From: Octopus sinensis
Taxonomy: Eukaryota
DNA length: 64,000 bases
Assembly (NCBI RefSeq): GCF_006345805.1
Contig: NC_043003.1
Coordinates: 7,006,001-7,070,000, forward strand
Reading direction: 5' to 3'
Positions 34,743 to 46,690 of this stretch are shown here, piece after piece. The notes under the pieces are model-generated. The model worked only from the letters and a program-made list of their open reading frames with translations, searched no databases and was not told where the DNA came from. Each line of letters starts with the position of its first letter. The stretch's first letter is position 1. Position numbers and translations under genes: made by a program.

Positions 34743-37391
34743 TCAGCAGTTTCATTTTTTGTGAATAATCACAGCATACTCTCTGTAGCAAGACACAACT
34801 GCAACAACAAAAAGACCTGAGATGAGTTCACTAGGGAGCCTCTATGCAGTTATTCAACCTGCTAAAAATAGCAACCAAATTTTCTCCACCTTAAAAATAA
34901 GGACACATTGGACAATGTTGTCTTATGCGAATTAGTACCTCCAGTGCTCTTGAGCCACTAGGTTTTATATATGTATTGGTTACTTGTTTCTCTGAGATTG
35001 GTCAAGAGATTTAGACACCTCTGATAAGAATTAAAAAAAAGCTTGGAAATTAATTATGGTTGGTTTGTCATTTTTGTCAGTGTAGTAAGAAATAGATAAG
35101 TGTGCCATGTTTGTATCTTACTACATAGGTTAACATACTTGTAAAAAAGTGTGGTAGGTCACAACTGGAACTCTTTGCTTACAAATTTGCTCAGTTGGGG
35201 ATAATCGAGAGCTGCATCTGCTCCGACAATCAGCAGTGACTTGGTCAGCAAATCTTCTGTGATGGTCAACAATCGACAGCAAGTTGAGCTGCCATGGACC
35301 ACACTGTCCCAAAGTGTATCTTATTTCTTTTACTGCCCACAAGGGGCTAAACACAGAGGGGACAAACGGATTAAGTCGATTATATCGACCCCAGTGGGTA
35401 ACTGGTACTTATTTAATCGACCCTGAAAGGATGAAAGGCAAAGTCGACCTCGGCAGGATTTGAACTGAGAATGTAGTGGCAGACGAGATACTGCTAAGCA
35501 TTTCGCCCGGAGTTCTAACGATTCTGCCAGCTCGCCGCCATAAGTGTATCTGCATGTGATTATGGACCACATGTGAACTTGTATTCCCACTGAAACTCCA
35601 AGCAGGAGCTCTACACCTCAGCAATGACCAACAGGTATGGCTACAGCATCTGCGCTGTCCATCGTGCTTGCTCTCCCTGTGGGACATTTGTCAGATATGT
35701 AGGCTTGAATTTTGGGTCACTGGCAGAAGCATTACTGTGCCTGTTGCAGTGTTGGGGCTGACTGCCAGATGTGGTCAGCATTCATGAGGAACATGGTGAA
35801 CTCAATTGGTCCTAGCCAGCTCAACCCACCCTGGATGAATGCTGCCTCAAGTGCAAGTAAGCTGTAAATAGTTAGACAACAACTGGGATAAATGATATTT
35901 TGGCTGTCCTAAAGGGTCATGAAAAATATTTCCTCTTTGCTTTGGAGGTAAGTCTTATTCACTATGTTGAGATAACATTTGTTGTTGAGATTATCATCAT
36001 CATCATCATCATTTAACGTCCGCTTTTCATGCTAGCATGGGTTGGACGATTTGACTGAGGTCTGGCGAACCAGACTCTAATCTGATCTGGCAGAGTCTCT
36101 ACAGCTGGATGCCCTTCCTAACGCCAACCACTCCAGGATGTAGTGGGTGCTTTTTACGTGCCACTGGCACAAGGGCCAGTTTGGTGGTACTGGCAACGGC
36201 CACGCTCAAATGGTGCTTTTTATGTGCCACTTGCAAGCCAGATGAGATGGCCATCTCACACCATTAGTAATGAGATCATCTCAGTCACTCCATCTGCAAT
36301 ACGTCACAGTCCATCTGTTACACACCATTTTTCTTTCTCAACTCAACTCATCAGTGTGGGTGTGGATGTGTGGTAAGAAGTTTGCTTCCCAACCACATGA
36401 TTCCTGGTTCAGTTCCACTGCCTGGCACCTTGGGTAAGTGTCTTTCTGTTACAGCCTTGGGCTGACCAAAGCCTTCTTCAGTGGGTTTGGTAGACAGAAA
36501 CTGAAAAAATCCCTTTATGTGTGTGTGTGTGTGTGTGTCTGTCTCTGTGTGTCCCCCACCACTGCTTGACAACAGTGTTGATGCATTTACACCCCTGTAA
36601 CTTAGCAGTGCAGCAAAAGAGACTGATAGAATAAGTACCAGGCTTTAAAAAAGATTAAGTACTGATGTTGATTTGTTTGATGAAACTTCTTCAAGGCAGT
36701 GCCCCATCATGGTCACAGTCTAATGACAACCTGTAAAAGATGGGAGATACCTTTAAAACAGTTAGGAATAACTTGAGGGAAATTTGGCTGCTATTTCTTG
36801 CAGGTTGAGTTATTATACCTGCTGTAATAAATTTTTGTCCATCACACCTGTCTACAATTAATTGCCAATCATCATCATCATCATCGTTTAACGTCCGCTT
36901 TCCATGCTAGCATGGGTTGGACGATTTTGACTGAGGGCTGGCAAACCAGATGGGTGCACCAGGCTCCAATCTTTATCTGGCAGAGTTTCTACACCTTGAT
37001 GCCCCTCCTAACACCAACCACTCCGAGAGTGTAGTGGGTGTATTTTACGTGCCACCGGCACGGGGCCAGTCAGGTGGGACTGGCAACAACCTCGCTCAAA
37101 TCTTTTACATATGCCACCAGCACAGGTGCCAGTAAGGTGACGCTGGTAACAATCACACTAGAATGGTGCCCTTTTATGTGCCACTGACACGGAAGCTGGT
37201 TAGCCGCTCTGTCAATGATCATGCTCAGATGGTGCTTTTGGCACCCTACTAGCACGGGGCACAAGTGCCAGTAAGGTGACGCTGGTAATGATCACACTCG
37301 AATGGTGCCTTTTATGTGCCAATGGCACGGACGCAAGTCATCGAATTTGATTTTGATTTTGATTCCAATGATTTTCCTTTTTCATTTCCAG

Positions 37392-37512
37392 GAAAGGTGT
37401 GATCCAGCCAGGTTGCTTGGGATCGGATGGAAGACCAACCCCCATATCGCATATCCTGCAACTGACTGAGAATATTAAGATTGCTCCGGAAGCTTCCTCT
37501 GATTCTGATTGA
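37392..37512 (+). CDS. RIC8: Ric-8 terminal coding exon 15 (EKGVIQPGCLGSDGRPTPISHILQL...SSDSD*)
   Basis: TTTCCAG acceptor, phase 2, TGA at 37510-37512. Carries the G-x-IQP...DG(K/R)...H-x-L-(Q/E)-L motif and an acidic tail. Confidence 0.93.
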
Positions 37513-38890
37513 ACACATTCGATTCTTCTTTACTTTGAAAGGAGACGAAAAAAAGACGAAAATTACAGCAACAACAATACCGACAAAAATAATAATAATA
37601 ATAATGATGATGATGATAAAGAAAAGAAAAAAATACACTTTTTTCCACATTTTATTTTTATTTTTGTGAAATGAAAATTGAAGAAAAATATTTATTCGAT
37701 ATTGTACGATGAAAACTTCCTACAACTTTTATATGAAGACAAGAAGATGTCAAGCAGAAATACTCACTTAAAAACAAACTACAAACTCCCTATCACAAAA
37801 AAACTCCTGAGGAACAAAATCCCAGAAAAGCAAGCAAAGACCAGAATTAATCCTTGTTTTAGATGAAGAGCCTTCTTTTTTGTCATTTTTCTATTTGTCC
37901 TATGCTCCTGGGCAGTTCCCGAGTGCTTTATTTGTTGTTGTTGCTATTATCATTATTATTATTATTATTATTATTATTGTCATCATCATTATTATTAAGA
38001 TGGTGGGCTGACTGAATTGTTATCGTGTCAGACAAAATTCTTTTGTGACATTTCATCCATTTTTACATTCTGAGTCCAAATACCACCCAGGGTCAACTTC
38101 GCCTTTCATCTTTCTGAGGTTGGTAAAAATAAGTACCAGTTGAGTACTGGGGGTCGGTGTAATCGACTTTCCCCACTCCCTTAAAAAAATTGCTGGCATT
38201 GTGCCAAAATTTGAAACCTTCATCATCACCACCACCATCATCATCATCATCATCATCATTATTATTAGTAGTAGTAGCAATATTAGTACTGGTGGTAGTT
38301 TTGGTGAGTGCTTTGAGTAAGAGGTAAACTCTCAGCAACTCAAGACTGTCATACAGTTTCAGGACTTGCTCAAAGGCATGAATGTCACAACATCACATTC
38401 CTCTCTCTCTCTCTCTCTCTTACCTAAAATAAGGGCTTTTATGCCAAGCCCAAAAGCTAAATCTCACTAATATTACTAGTGTCATTTAGATGACTAAAAT
38501 TTTAGACGGATAACTAAGTGCACTGCAGTATTTGGGTATCCTTCTTCATAGTCCTGAACTGAAATCTTCCCACAGTAAGTTCTCCTTCACATAATTATCT
38601 CTAGTGTACAAAGGCTAGTTAAATTAACACTTTTTTTCCTATCCTTCAAGAATTGGCTTTGTACCTGAGTGAAAACTTGGTAGCATTTTTAGGGTGGTAA
38701 CAAGTCAGGAGAGTAGAAGAGCATTGGACTAAATGTAGGACAATATTTAGTTTTGAAATTTTTTGAAATTTATTTTAATTTTAAACTCTCAACTGAGTTG
38801 GTTTTGCTTTTCATCCTTCAGGAGCCATGAAAATAAGTATCAGCTACATACACACACACACACACACGCACACACTCACATATATATATA

Positions 38891-39117
38891 CAGGGTTGGT
38901 CAGAAGTCTCCTGAGAGTAAATCAGAATTCCATAGATACTATCTGTAATTCTGTCTTGACTTGAGTGGGAAAATGTGTCCACTTAAGAAGGACCTTCAGT
39001 TTTGAACAATTTTCATGATGTTTCATATTTAGAGGCTTTTTATTAAATTCATTCATAAATAAATCTTAGAGTTAAACGGTTTTGATTCACTGTCAGGTGC
39101 ACTCTTGGCCAACCCTG
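38891..39117. mobile_element. Tc1/mariner-type MITE, same family as 26210-26440
   Basis: CAGGGTTGG...CCAACCCTG with TA flanks. Homologous interior in the opposite orientation. Confidence 0.8.
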
Positions 39118-39731
39118 TATATATATATATATATCATCATCATCATCATCATCATTTAACGTCCGTTTTCCATGCTAGCATGGGTTGGATGGTTCGACCG
39201 GGGTCTGGTAAGCTATGGAGGCTGCACCAGGCTCCAGTCTGATCTGGCAGTGTTTCTACCCAGGCTGGAGCCTGGTGCAGCTTCCATAGCTTACCAGACC
39301 CCGGTCGAACCATACAACCCATGCTAGCATGGAAAACGGACGTTAAATGATGATGAGATAGAGAGAGAGAGAGAGAAGAGAGGTTACAGATGAGATCGAG
39401 AGAATATCTATATAGAAAACACTTTGTAGCACTCAAAAGGTTTGAAGTTGCACTCTGAAATATTTACCGAGGACCAAATCAGCAGAATAAGGATTGGCTA
39501 AAAGGGGAATCCAAGGGAGCAGATACGGAGACAATGATGCAAATAAAGAGATAAAACTCCTTGGGTTTCATGTACAGAATATATGTACATGTATATAAAG
39601 AAAAAAGTGTAAATGCATGGGAATAAAGAAAAGCAAAGACTGAAAATTTTCAGATGGTTAACATTCAAATATAAATATATCACCCATGCTAGCATGGAAG
39701 GCAGATATTAAACAATGATAATGATAATATT

Positions 39732-40076
39732 TATATATTCATAGAGCAAACTTACTCAGATTACATAGACTCAAAGAATTTGAGGGAAGAAGGTATGGTG
39801 TTACAAGTCCAACAGCTGTTTCTAGGGGCTCAGAGTTATTTCATAATGTTGGTAGATAAGAATCTTATCTTTCCACTCTGAAGAAGGAGGCCAGGTTCTT
39901 TCCTGTGTTTATTTGCTTCTATTACTGGTTGCAAATTTTTGGTGAACCACATCTGCCGACATTATGAAGTAACTCTGAGCCCCCAGAAACAGCTGTTGGG
40001 TTTGTAATACCATACCTTCTCCCCTCTAATTCTTTAAGTCTATGTAATCTGAATAAGCTTTCTCTATTAATATATA
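39732..40076. mobile_element. MITE/fold-back with ~125-bp inverted arms
   Basis: CTTACTCAGATTACATAGAC...GTTGGTAGAT versus ATCTGCCGAC...GTCTATGTAATCTGAATAAG, about an 80-nt loop, TA-rich flanks. Confidence 0.8.
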
Positions 40077-40201
40077 TATATATTTATACTTAAAAGTTTA
40101 TCATCTGAAAATATTCAATCTTTGCCTTTTGTTTATTTATATGTATACATGTACATATATTCTGTACATCAACCCCAAGAAGTTTTATCTGTTTATTTGC
40201 A

Positions 40202-40284
<83 letters not shown>

Positions 40285-42245
40285 TTTGTTTTTAATAGTG
40301 GAGCTTGACTTGATGTAGATAAAGCTATAAATGATAGCAATGTAACTGTTGGGTTTAAAATCACTTGGATTCTAAAATTTGAAGGCAGCCTTCAACTTTT
40401 TTAACCCAATATTTACTCGCTATCGTTTATAGCTTTATCTACTTTGAGTTCTGCCATTAAAAACGAATTATTTAACATTCTCTCAAATTTTCTAAAATTC
40501 TTATGATGTAAACTATATATATATATATAGAATGTAATTACAGCATTGAAGACACATGGTAACCATTAAAAAAAGACAAAAATTTAACTTCACTTAAAAC
40601 ATTTCTAATTTGGTGTCAAAATTTTCATCACACTAATCATAACCTGGTCACTGACATGGATGCTCTGTTTATTAATGACTGACATGTGTCTTCCACTCTG
40701 TAATTGGTTTAGCTTCAACACATTCAATGCAGGATCTGGGATCAAATCTCTTGCCAGGCAAGTACATCACATATATATATATATATATAATATATAATAT
40801 ATATATATATATAGTTGATGCAGTTGCCTGTACCTCCTCTTTCCTATTAATTAGCCCTGTGCCTAATTAAGAAAGCAATCATTGTCATCATGGTATGAAA
40901 GAAGATAGCTGAGGTAGTTAAATGTCAGTGTAGACATTACAGTGTTTAGTTCGTGTCCCCTTTTCCGAACCCAACTTAATGTGGGCTTTGTCTTTCAATC
41001 CTTTGAGGGTTGGTGAAATACATATCTATAACCACTCCCTTACAAACATTGGTGCCTAGTCTGAAACACACATATTATTGTCAGTATGTTAGCAGGAACC
41101 CTTGTGTGGTGCTAAGTTTTTAACAAGTGAAATCGGTTTTGTTTTCATTCTTAGTAGGAGAGATCTTTTAATTCCTTCTACATTATGTATTTTTGGTATG
41201 TTATGACTTACAATATCTTCTTGTCGATATATTTGAGACTTCGTGCCTCTGTAACAAATCATCATCATCATCATCATAATCATTATTGTAGCAAATAACG
41301 AACCTTGTAGACCTAAAGGTAACCTTCTGATAACCCAACACTTCACATCAGTTTCAATTCCAAATTGAAGAATTTTTCACCTCACTGTGGTATAAATACT
41401 GCCAAGAAAAAGACAATAATCTACCAAAATCTCACTCCCATCTTCTTCAAATTGTGGCTTTATGCTTAAGTGAGAAATCATAATTGCAGAAAATATGATA
41501 TTGAACCAAAAGAATTCCCAAGAATTTACTGGCTGGATTTAAATAACCACCCTTGGAGAATCACTCACCCTAATTCCACCATTCTTCATTCAATATATAT
41601 CTGGGGTATGATAAATGCATATGTTGAAAAGAAATCATTATTTTGTTCTTTTATGATAAATTTTTGTATCGCTTCATCAACATTGATGTACCACATTAAC
41701 TTGTAACAGTACAATCTAAATATTTGCCTTGCTTATACTCACATTCATTAAACACCATTCCTCTGTATACACACACAGAGCAAAACAATGTAAATATTAT
41801 TTGTATGTAGAATAATTTCTCTAAACCCTAGAAATTGATTTTTTAAAAATTTAACATTTTAATTAATTGTTGATTTGATCAATTGTTACTGGTGTTTTTT
41901 TTCTCTGTGTTATATGCAGTTTTTTTGTTGTTGTTGTTGCATTTTATTTTTATATCTTTAAAACCCCTTTTGCATTCATATTAGTCTTTCAAATGTAATG
42001 CTTATTTATTCACATTGTTTTAAATTAATTATACACATTGTGTAACTTTGAGATTTTGATGATGTTACTGTTTACTTTGAGAATAATATAGTACGGTAGA
42101 TATGAGAGGCTGAATGTGACCACTTTGAACATAAAACGTGTAGGATATTTGGGTCGGATATGGCTGGTTTAAAGAATCAATTACAGCTTTAGGTGTTGTG
42201 GGCAAATACAGATTCACACATATAAATGCAAATTCACTCATTTAA

Positions 42246-42466
42246 CCCTTTCGTTACCAGCCCGGCTGAAACCAGCTCTAGCTCTGAGTACAAATGTCTT
42301 GTTTTCATAAGTTTTGAATTAAAATCTTCCTCCAAACTTTAGTCACCATTTATGTTCCTAACACTAGCTTAATGATAACTAAGTTATTTTACTAAATTCT
42401 TTGTTATATTTAAAATCAATTGAAAGAAACACAGAGCATCTCAACAGAAATGCGGTAACGAAAGGG
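42246..42466. mobile_element. piggyBac-type MITE family 1 (221 bp)
   Basis: TTAA on both sides and a 13-bp TIR CCCTTTCGTTACC. Other copies at ~4072-4552 (tandem), 19230-19455, 20660-21195 (tandem), 31280-31500, 33305-33788 (tandem), 48428-48635. Confidence 0.88.
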
Positions 42467-42812
42467 TTAAATACATATTCACACTCAGACTTGCAGATGA
42501 TATTATATATTGGGTTCTCAGATGAATTCATTCATTTTTTTTTTCTACTTGGTTCTCCGTTGTCATACATGTGAAAAAGAGATGAAATTTTTTTCAAATT
42601 TCAAAAATGATAAACAAAAGAATTAGAGGACGAATAGAGCTAAAAAAGCCCATGAAGTACTGCGATAAAAATATTTTTCATGTAAATTCAAATAACATTG
42701 GAAAGGATTAAAATAAATGAATGTAAAACACCCTGAAAAACCCTAAAAGCAAATTTATCTGACAGTCCTAAAGTTAACTCTTTTAACTAATTCCTTTTCA
42801 AAGGTGAATGAG

Positions 42813-43255
42813 AGCGGAGGAGTGGCTGTGTGTTAAGTAGCTTGCTGACCAACCACATGGTTCCAGGTTCAGTCCCACTGCGTGGCACCTTGATCAAGTG
42901 TCTTCTACTATAGCCTCGAGTCAACCAAAGCCTTGTGAGTGGATTTGGTAGACGGAAACTGAAAGAAACCTGTCGTATATATGTGTGTATATATGTATGT
43001 ATATATATATATATATATATGTATGTTTGTGTGTCTGTGTTTGTCCCCACAACATCGCTTGACAATCGATGCTGATGTGTTTACATCCCCGTAACTTAGC
43101 GGTTCGGCAAAAGATACCGATAGAATAAGTACTAGGCTTACAAAGAATAAGTCCTGGGGTCGATTTGCTTGACTAAAGGCGGTGTTCCAGCATGGCCGCG
43201 GTCAAATGATTGAAACAAGTAAAAGAGTAAAAAGAGAGAGTAAAGAGAGAAAGAG
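42813..43255 (+). mobile_element. SINE family A copy
   Basis: Same head, microsatellite and tail architecture as 872-1297. Confidence 0.85.
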
Positions 43256-43717
43256 ATAGCACTCCTGTGTTGCCACCAATCTGTCTCTCATGAAGCGCTG
43301 GGTCCAAAGGGGTAGCAGCCAACGAGCTAAGAGGGCCGTTGTTTGTAGCTGTTAGCAACAGCGACCAACACCCTTAACTTCAGATTGCCCTTTAAGTAGA
43401 TACTCTGCGTATGGAATAACGTATTCCAAGCCATTGCAGTCGTGCAAGGTTGATGAGTGGTTTCAGTGGCTGATAAACACTTGAGGGATGATGAATGCCT
43501 CTCTGAGCTGATTTCCTTTAGATACACAATTTGAAGACTTAATGGATTCTGAGACAACACACACACACACACACACATGATCAAACAAACAAAAGCCAAA
43601 ATTAAAGCAGACTAAGATACTAAGGAGTAAATTGCTGCACTAGCCACTGTAATATAGCTAGTTCAATTGTCTAGCATTACTTTTTAATTTTTTAATTACC
43701 TATACTCATATACATAA

Positions 43718-43767
<50 letters not shown>

Positions 43768-43847
43768 TAATAAGGGTAGAAATTGATATTAGTCAATTAA
43801 AACCAGTGGCCCAGCATATTAAAAAGAATCCGAAGATTAAAATATTG

Positions 43848-43884
<37 letters not shown>

Positions 43885-43886
<2 letters not shown>

Positions 43887-44088
43887 GTGACTGCGTGTGT
43901 ACCGTTGTCGATTTTTTTTCCTCTGTCTTCCCTTCTCTGGATCTTTCCTTCTCCTATGTTTCCGACAAAGAGCTCCGCTCGAAACGTTAAACCCTCCTTC
44001 TTTCCTGAGCGTCAATAATACTATATTTGTTCCACGTCCTCGCGTTGTTGTGTTTCTTTTTGTGCTTTCTTGTTTGTATTAACTATAT
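43885..44088 (+). mobile_element. Solo Penelope-type 3' end (pLTR-like) remnant
   Basis: Has GAGC...GCTCGAAACGTTAAA and TTTCCTGAGCG motifs shared with the 3' end of 22823-24252. (TA)n on both sides. Confidence 0.55.
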
Positions 44089-45599
44089 ATATATATACAC
44101 ACACATATACACACATACACACCAATAGCAGCCCATTCTTCTAGTAGCCATTTTGGACTTCCTGTATTCCTTCATTCAGTAATCTGAGCCTGAAAGAGCC
44201 AGGTTTCTCTTAGCAGCCTGCAAAACTTTAACTCACATGGAGCCAAATCCAACTTTTTTAAATAATGATAATGATAATAATAACAGCACACATAATATCG
44301 GTATTTCATCTGTCTTTATGTTTTGAGTTCTTTAGATTCAGTCAACTGCTTTTTAAAAGTAGTGTTCTTTTATTAATGCCATGTGTATCCTGGTTTTACA
44401 ATGGGTGCACTGAGTCCAGATACTTCATAAGAGGCACCTAAAGACTGGATGGGCATCTTCATCATCATCATCATTGTTTAACGTCCGCTTTCGATGCTGG
44501 CATGGGTTGGATGGTTTGACTGAAAACTGTTGAACTGGGGGGCTGCAGCAGAGTGTAGTGGTTGCTCTTTACGTGCCACCAGCACGGGGGCCAGTCAGGC
44601 AGTACTGGCAATGACCTCGCTCGAATCTTTTTACACATGCCACCAGCACAGGTGCCAGTAAGTCGACGTTGGTAACGATCATGATTAAATGGTGCCCTTT
44701 TACATGTCACTGGCACAGAAGCCAAGTTGGCTGCACTGGCAACGATCACGTTCGGATGGTGCTCTCTACTCTCTCAATATAAAGTTACACTATCACAATT
44801 TCATTGATTACCCTAATCATGAATCTACATTACCTATCGGGTAGGCAATAACAGAGGTTTGAGAATTTAATCTGGTTGTAAATCAGTACCTCATAAATAT
44901 CAACTCTAACTTTCCCCAAGCGTGGTAATATTTTCCCATGATCAGATATTGTTTCTGCAGAATATTAGAAATGTATGGCACTGCTTGTATGACAGCAACA
45001 CTCATTTACAGCAATCAGATAATGTCAAGACAAGGAGACAAAAACATATACACACACACATATATATATATATATATACATACAATGGGATTCTTTTAGT
45101 TTCCACCTACTAAAGCTACTCACAGGGCTTTAGTTGACCTGAACACTATAGTAAATGACATTTGCCTAAGGTGCCATGCAGTAGAACTGAAATCAAAACC
45201 ATGCGGTTGAGACGTGACAGTAAAATCCTGAATCAAAGAAATCTCTGTCTATACTCATGGTCAAAAAATATGCTAAACAAAGGAAAGCAAATATGAGGAG
45301 AAAAGGGCTTACCACTAATGGTTCCATGCTTTTCCAGAAGGCAATGCCTTTAATCTCATCATATCTGTTTTCTATCTTCAACATAGAATTTATGCCATTT
45401 CTTGTGCCTGTTTGTCAAGTGTGTATTTATATTTACAGTTTTGAGCAATAAATATCCTAAGTAATTAAGTTTCATAACCTTCCTGACCCCTTATGGATGA
45501 AGTAATTTTAGTGAAGGTCATTACATCCACCTTTTTAATTGTTTAATTGTTTGTAAAAATCGTGGTCATAATTTTGTATCAATTTTCATTTACATGAAG

Positions 45600-45810
45600 C
45601 TTTTAAGCTTTTGGTCCTCTTGTACTGCTCACCCCATTGGACAGCAAGCTTCCTAAACTGTGTCCAGCCAGTCGCTGCTCTTGCATATCCATTCCATGTA
45701 ACGTTGACCGCCTTCAGGTCATCTTGAAATGTCCACCACTAGGTGATCTTCAGCCGGCTTCTTTTACGTCTGCTATCAGGTGGTACACAATTCATGGCTG
45801 TTTTTGAGTA
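45600..45810 (-). mobile_element. Degenerate RTE-like 3' fragment
   Basis: Minus-strand translation PPDSRRKRSRLKIT*W-TFQDDLKAVNVTW resembles the RTE C-terminus. Confidence 0.45.
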
Positions 45811-45994
45811 TTTTTGATTGGTCAGAGAAAGATTGTAGCTTAAGACAAAAACAATTTTTTAAAATCTTTTTGTAGCCAATGTGATTGGCTCAGACATTAA
45901 TTAATGTATCTATAGAATTAACTTCAATTATATTGGTAATTAATTGTCTGTAAAAATGCATGAACAATTTATGTATTTCATATTCATCCTGATA

Positions 45995-46690
45995 CTATCA
46001 TCATCATCATCATCATCATCATCATCGTTTAACATCTGTTTTCCATGCTGGCATGGGTTGGACGGTTCGACTGGGGTCTAGAAAGCCAGGAGGCTGCATC
46101 AGGCTCCAGTCTGATCTGGCAGTGTTTCTACAGCTGGATGCCCTTCCTAACGCCAACCACTCCGTGAGTGTAGTGGGTGCTTTTTACATGCCACCGGCAC
46201 GGGCCAGAGGGAGCTGGCAATGGCCACGATCAGTTGGTGCTTTTTACGTGCCACCAGCACAGAAGTCAGTCAAGACAATGCTGGCATTGGCCCTGTTCGG
46301 ATGGTGCTTTTTACGTGCCACTGGCACGGGGATCACAACTACAATTTCCATTTGATTTTGATGTACTTGACTCAGTAGGTCTCCTCAAGCATGGAAGTCA
46401 CCCTACGATCAAAGGTACTTTTGAGTGGGCCAGTTATACGACTCTGGTGTAGGTTACAGCTGTAATCTCACTTTATTTGCTAGGTCTTCTCAGTCACAGC
46501 ATATCTCCAGAGGTCTCGGTTTTTTGTCATTGCTTCTGTGTGGCCCAATGTTCGAAGGTCATGCTTCACCACCTCATCCCATGTTTTCTTGGGTCTCCCT
46601 CTACCCCGGATTCCTTACACTGTTTGGGAATGGCAATTCTTCACACAGCTCTCCTCATTCCTCATCCATCCGTAGTACATGACCACACCA
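45995..46690 (-). mobile_element. 5'-truncated RTE-clade LINE: ORF2 C-terminus, 3' UTR and (GAT)n tail
   Basis: Minus strand encodes GRGRPKKTWDEVVKHDLRTLG...RDLWRYAVTEKT*, followed by ~60-bp tandem units, TAGGAAGGGCATCCAGC and a (GAT)n tail. Confidence 0.8.

Noticed and set aside
43260-43560. Higher-complexity segment with a 90-aa minus-strand ORF
   Set aside because: No recognisable domain or splice context. Possibly an unclassified repeat.
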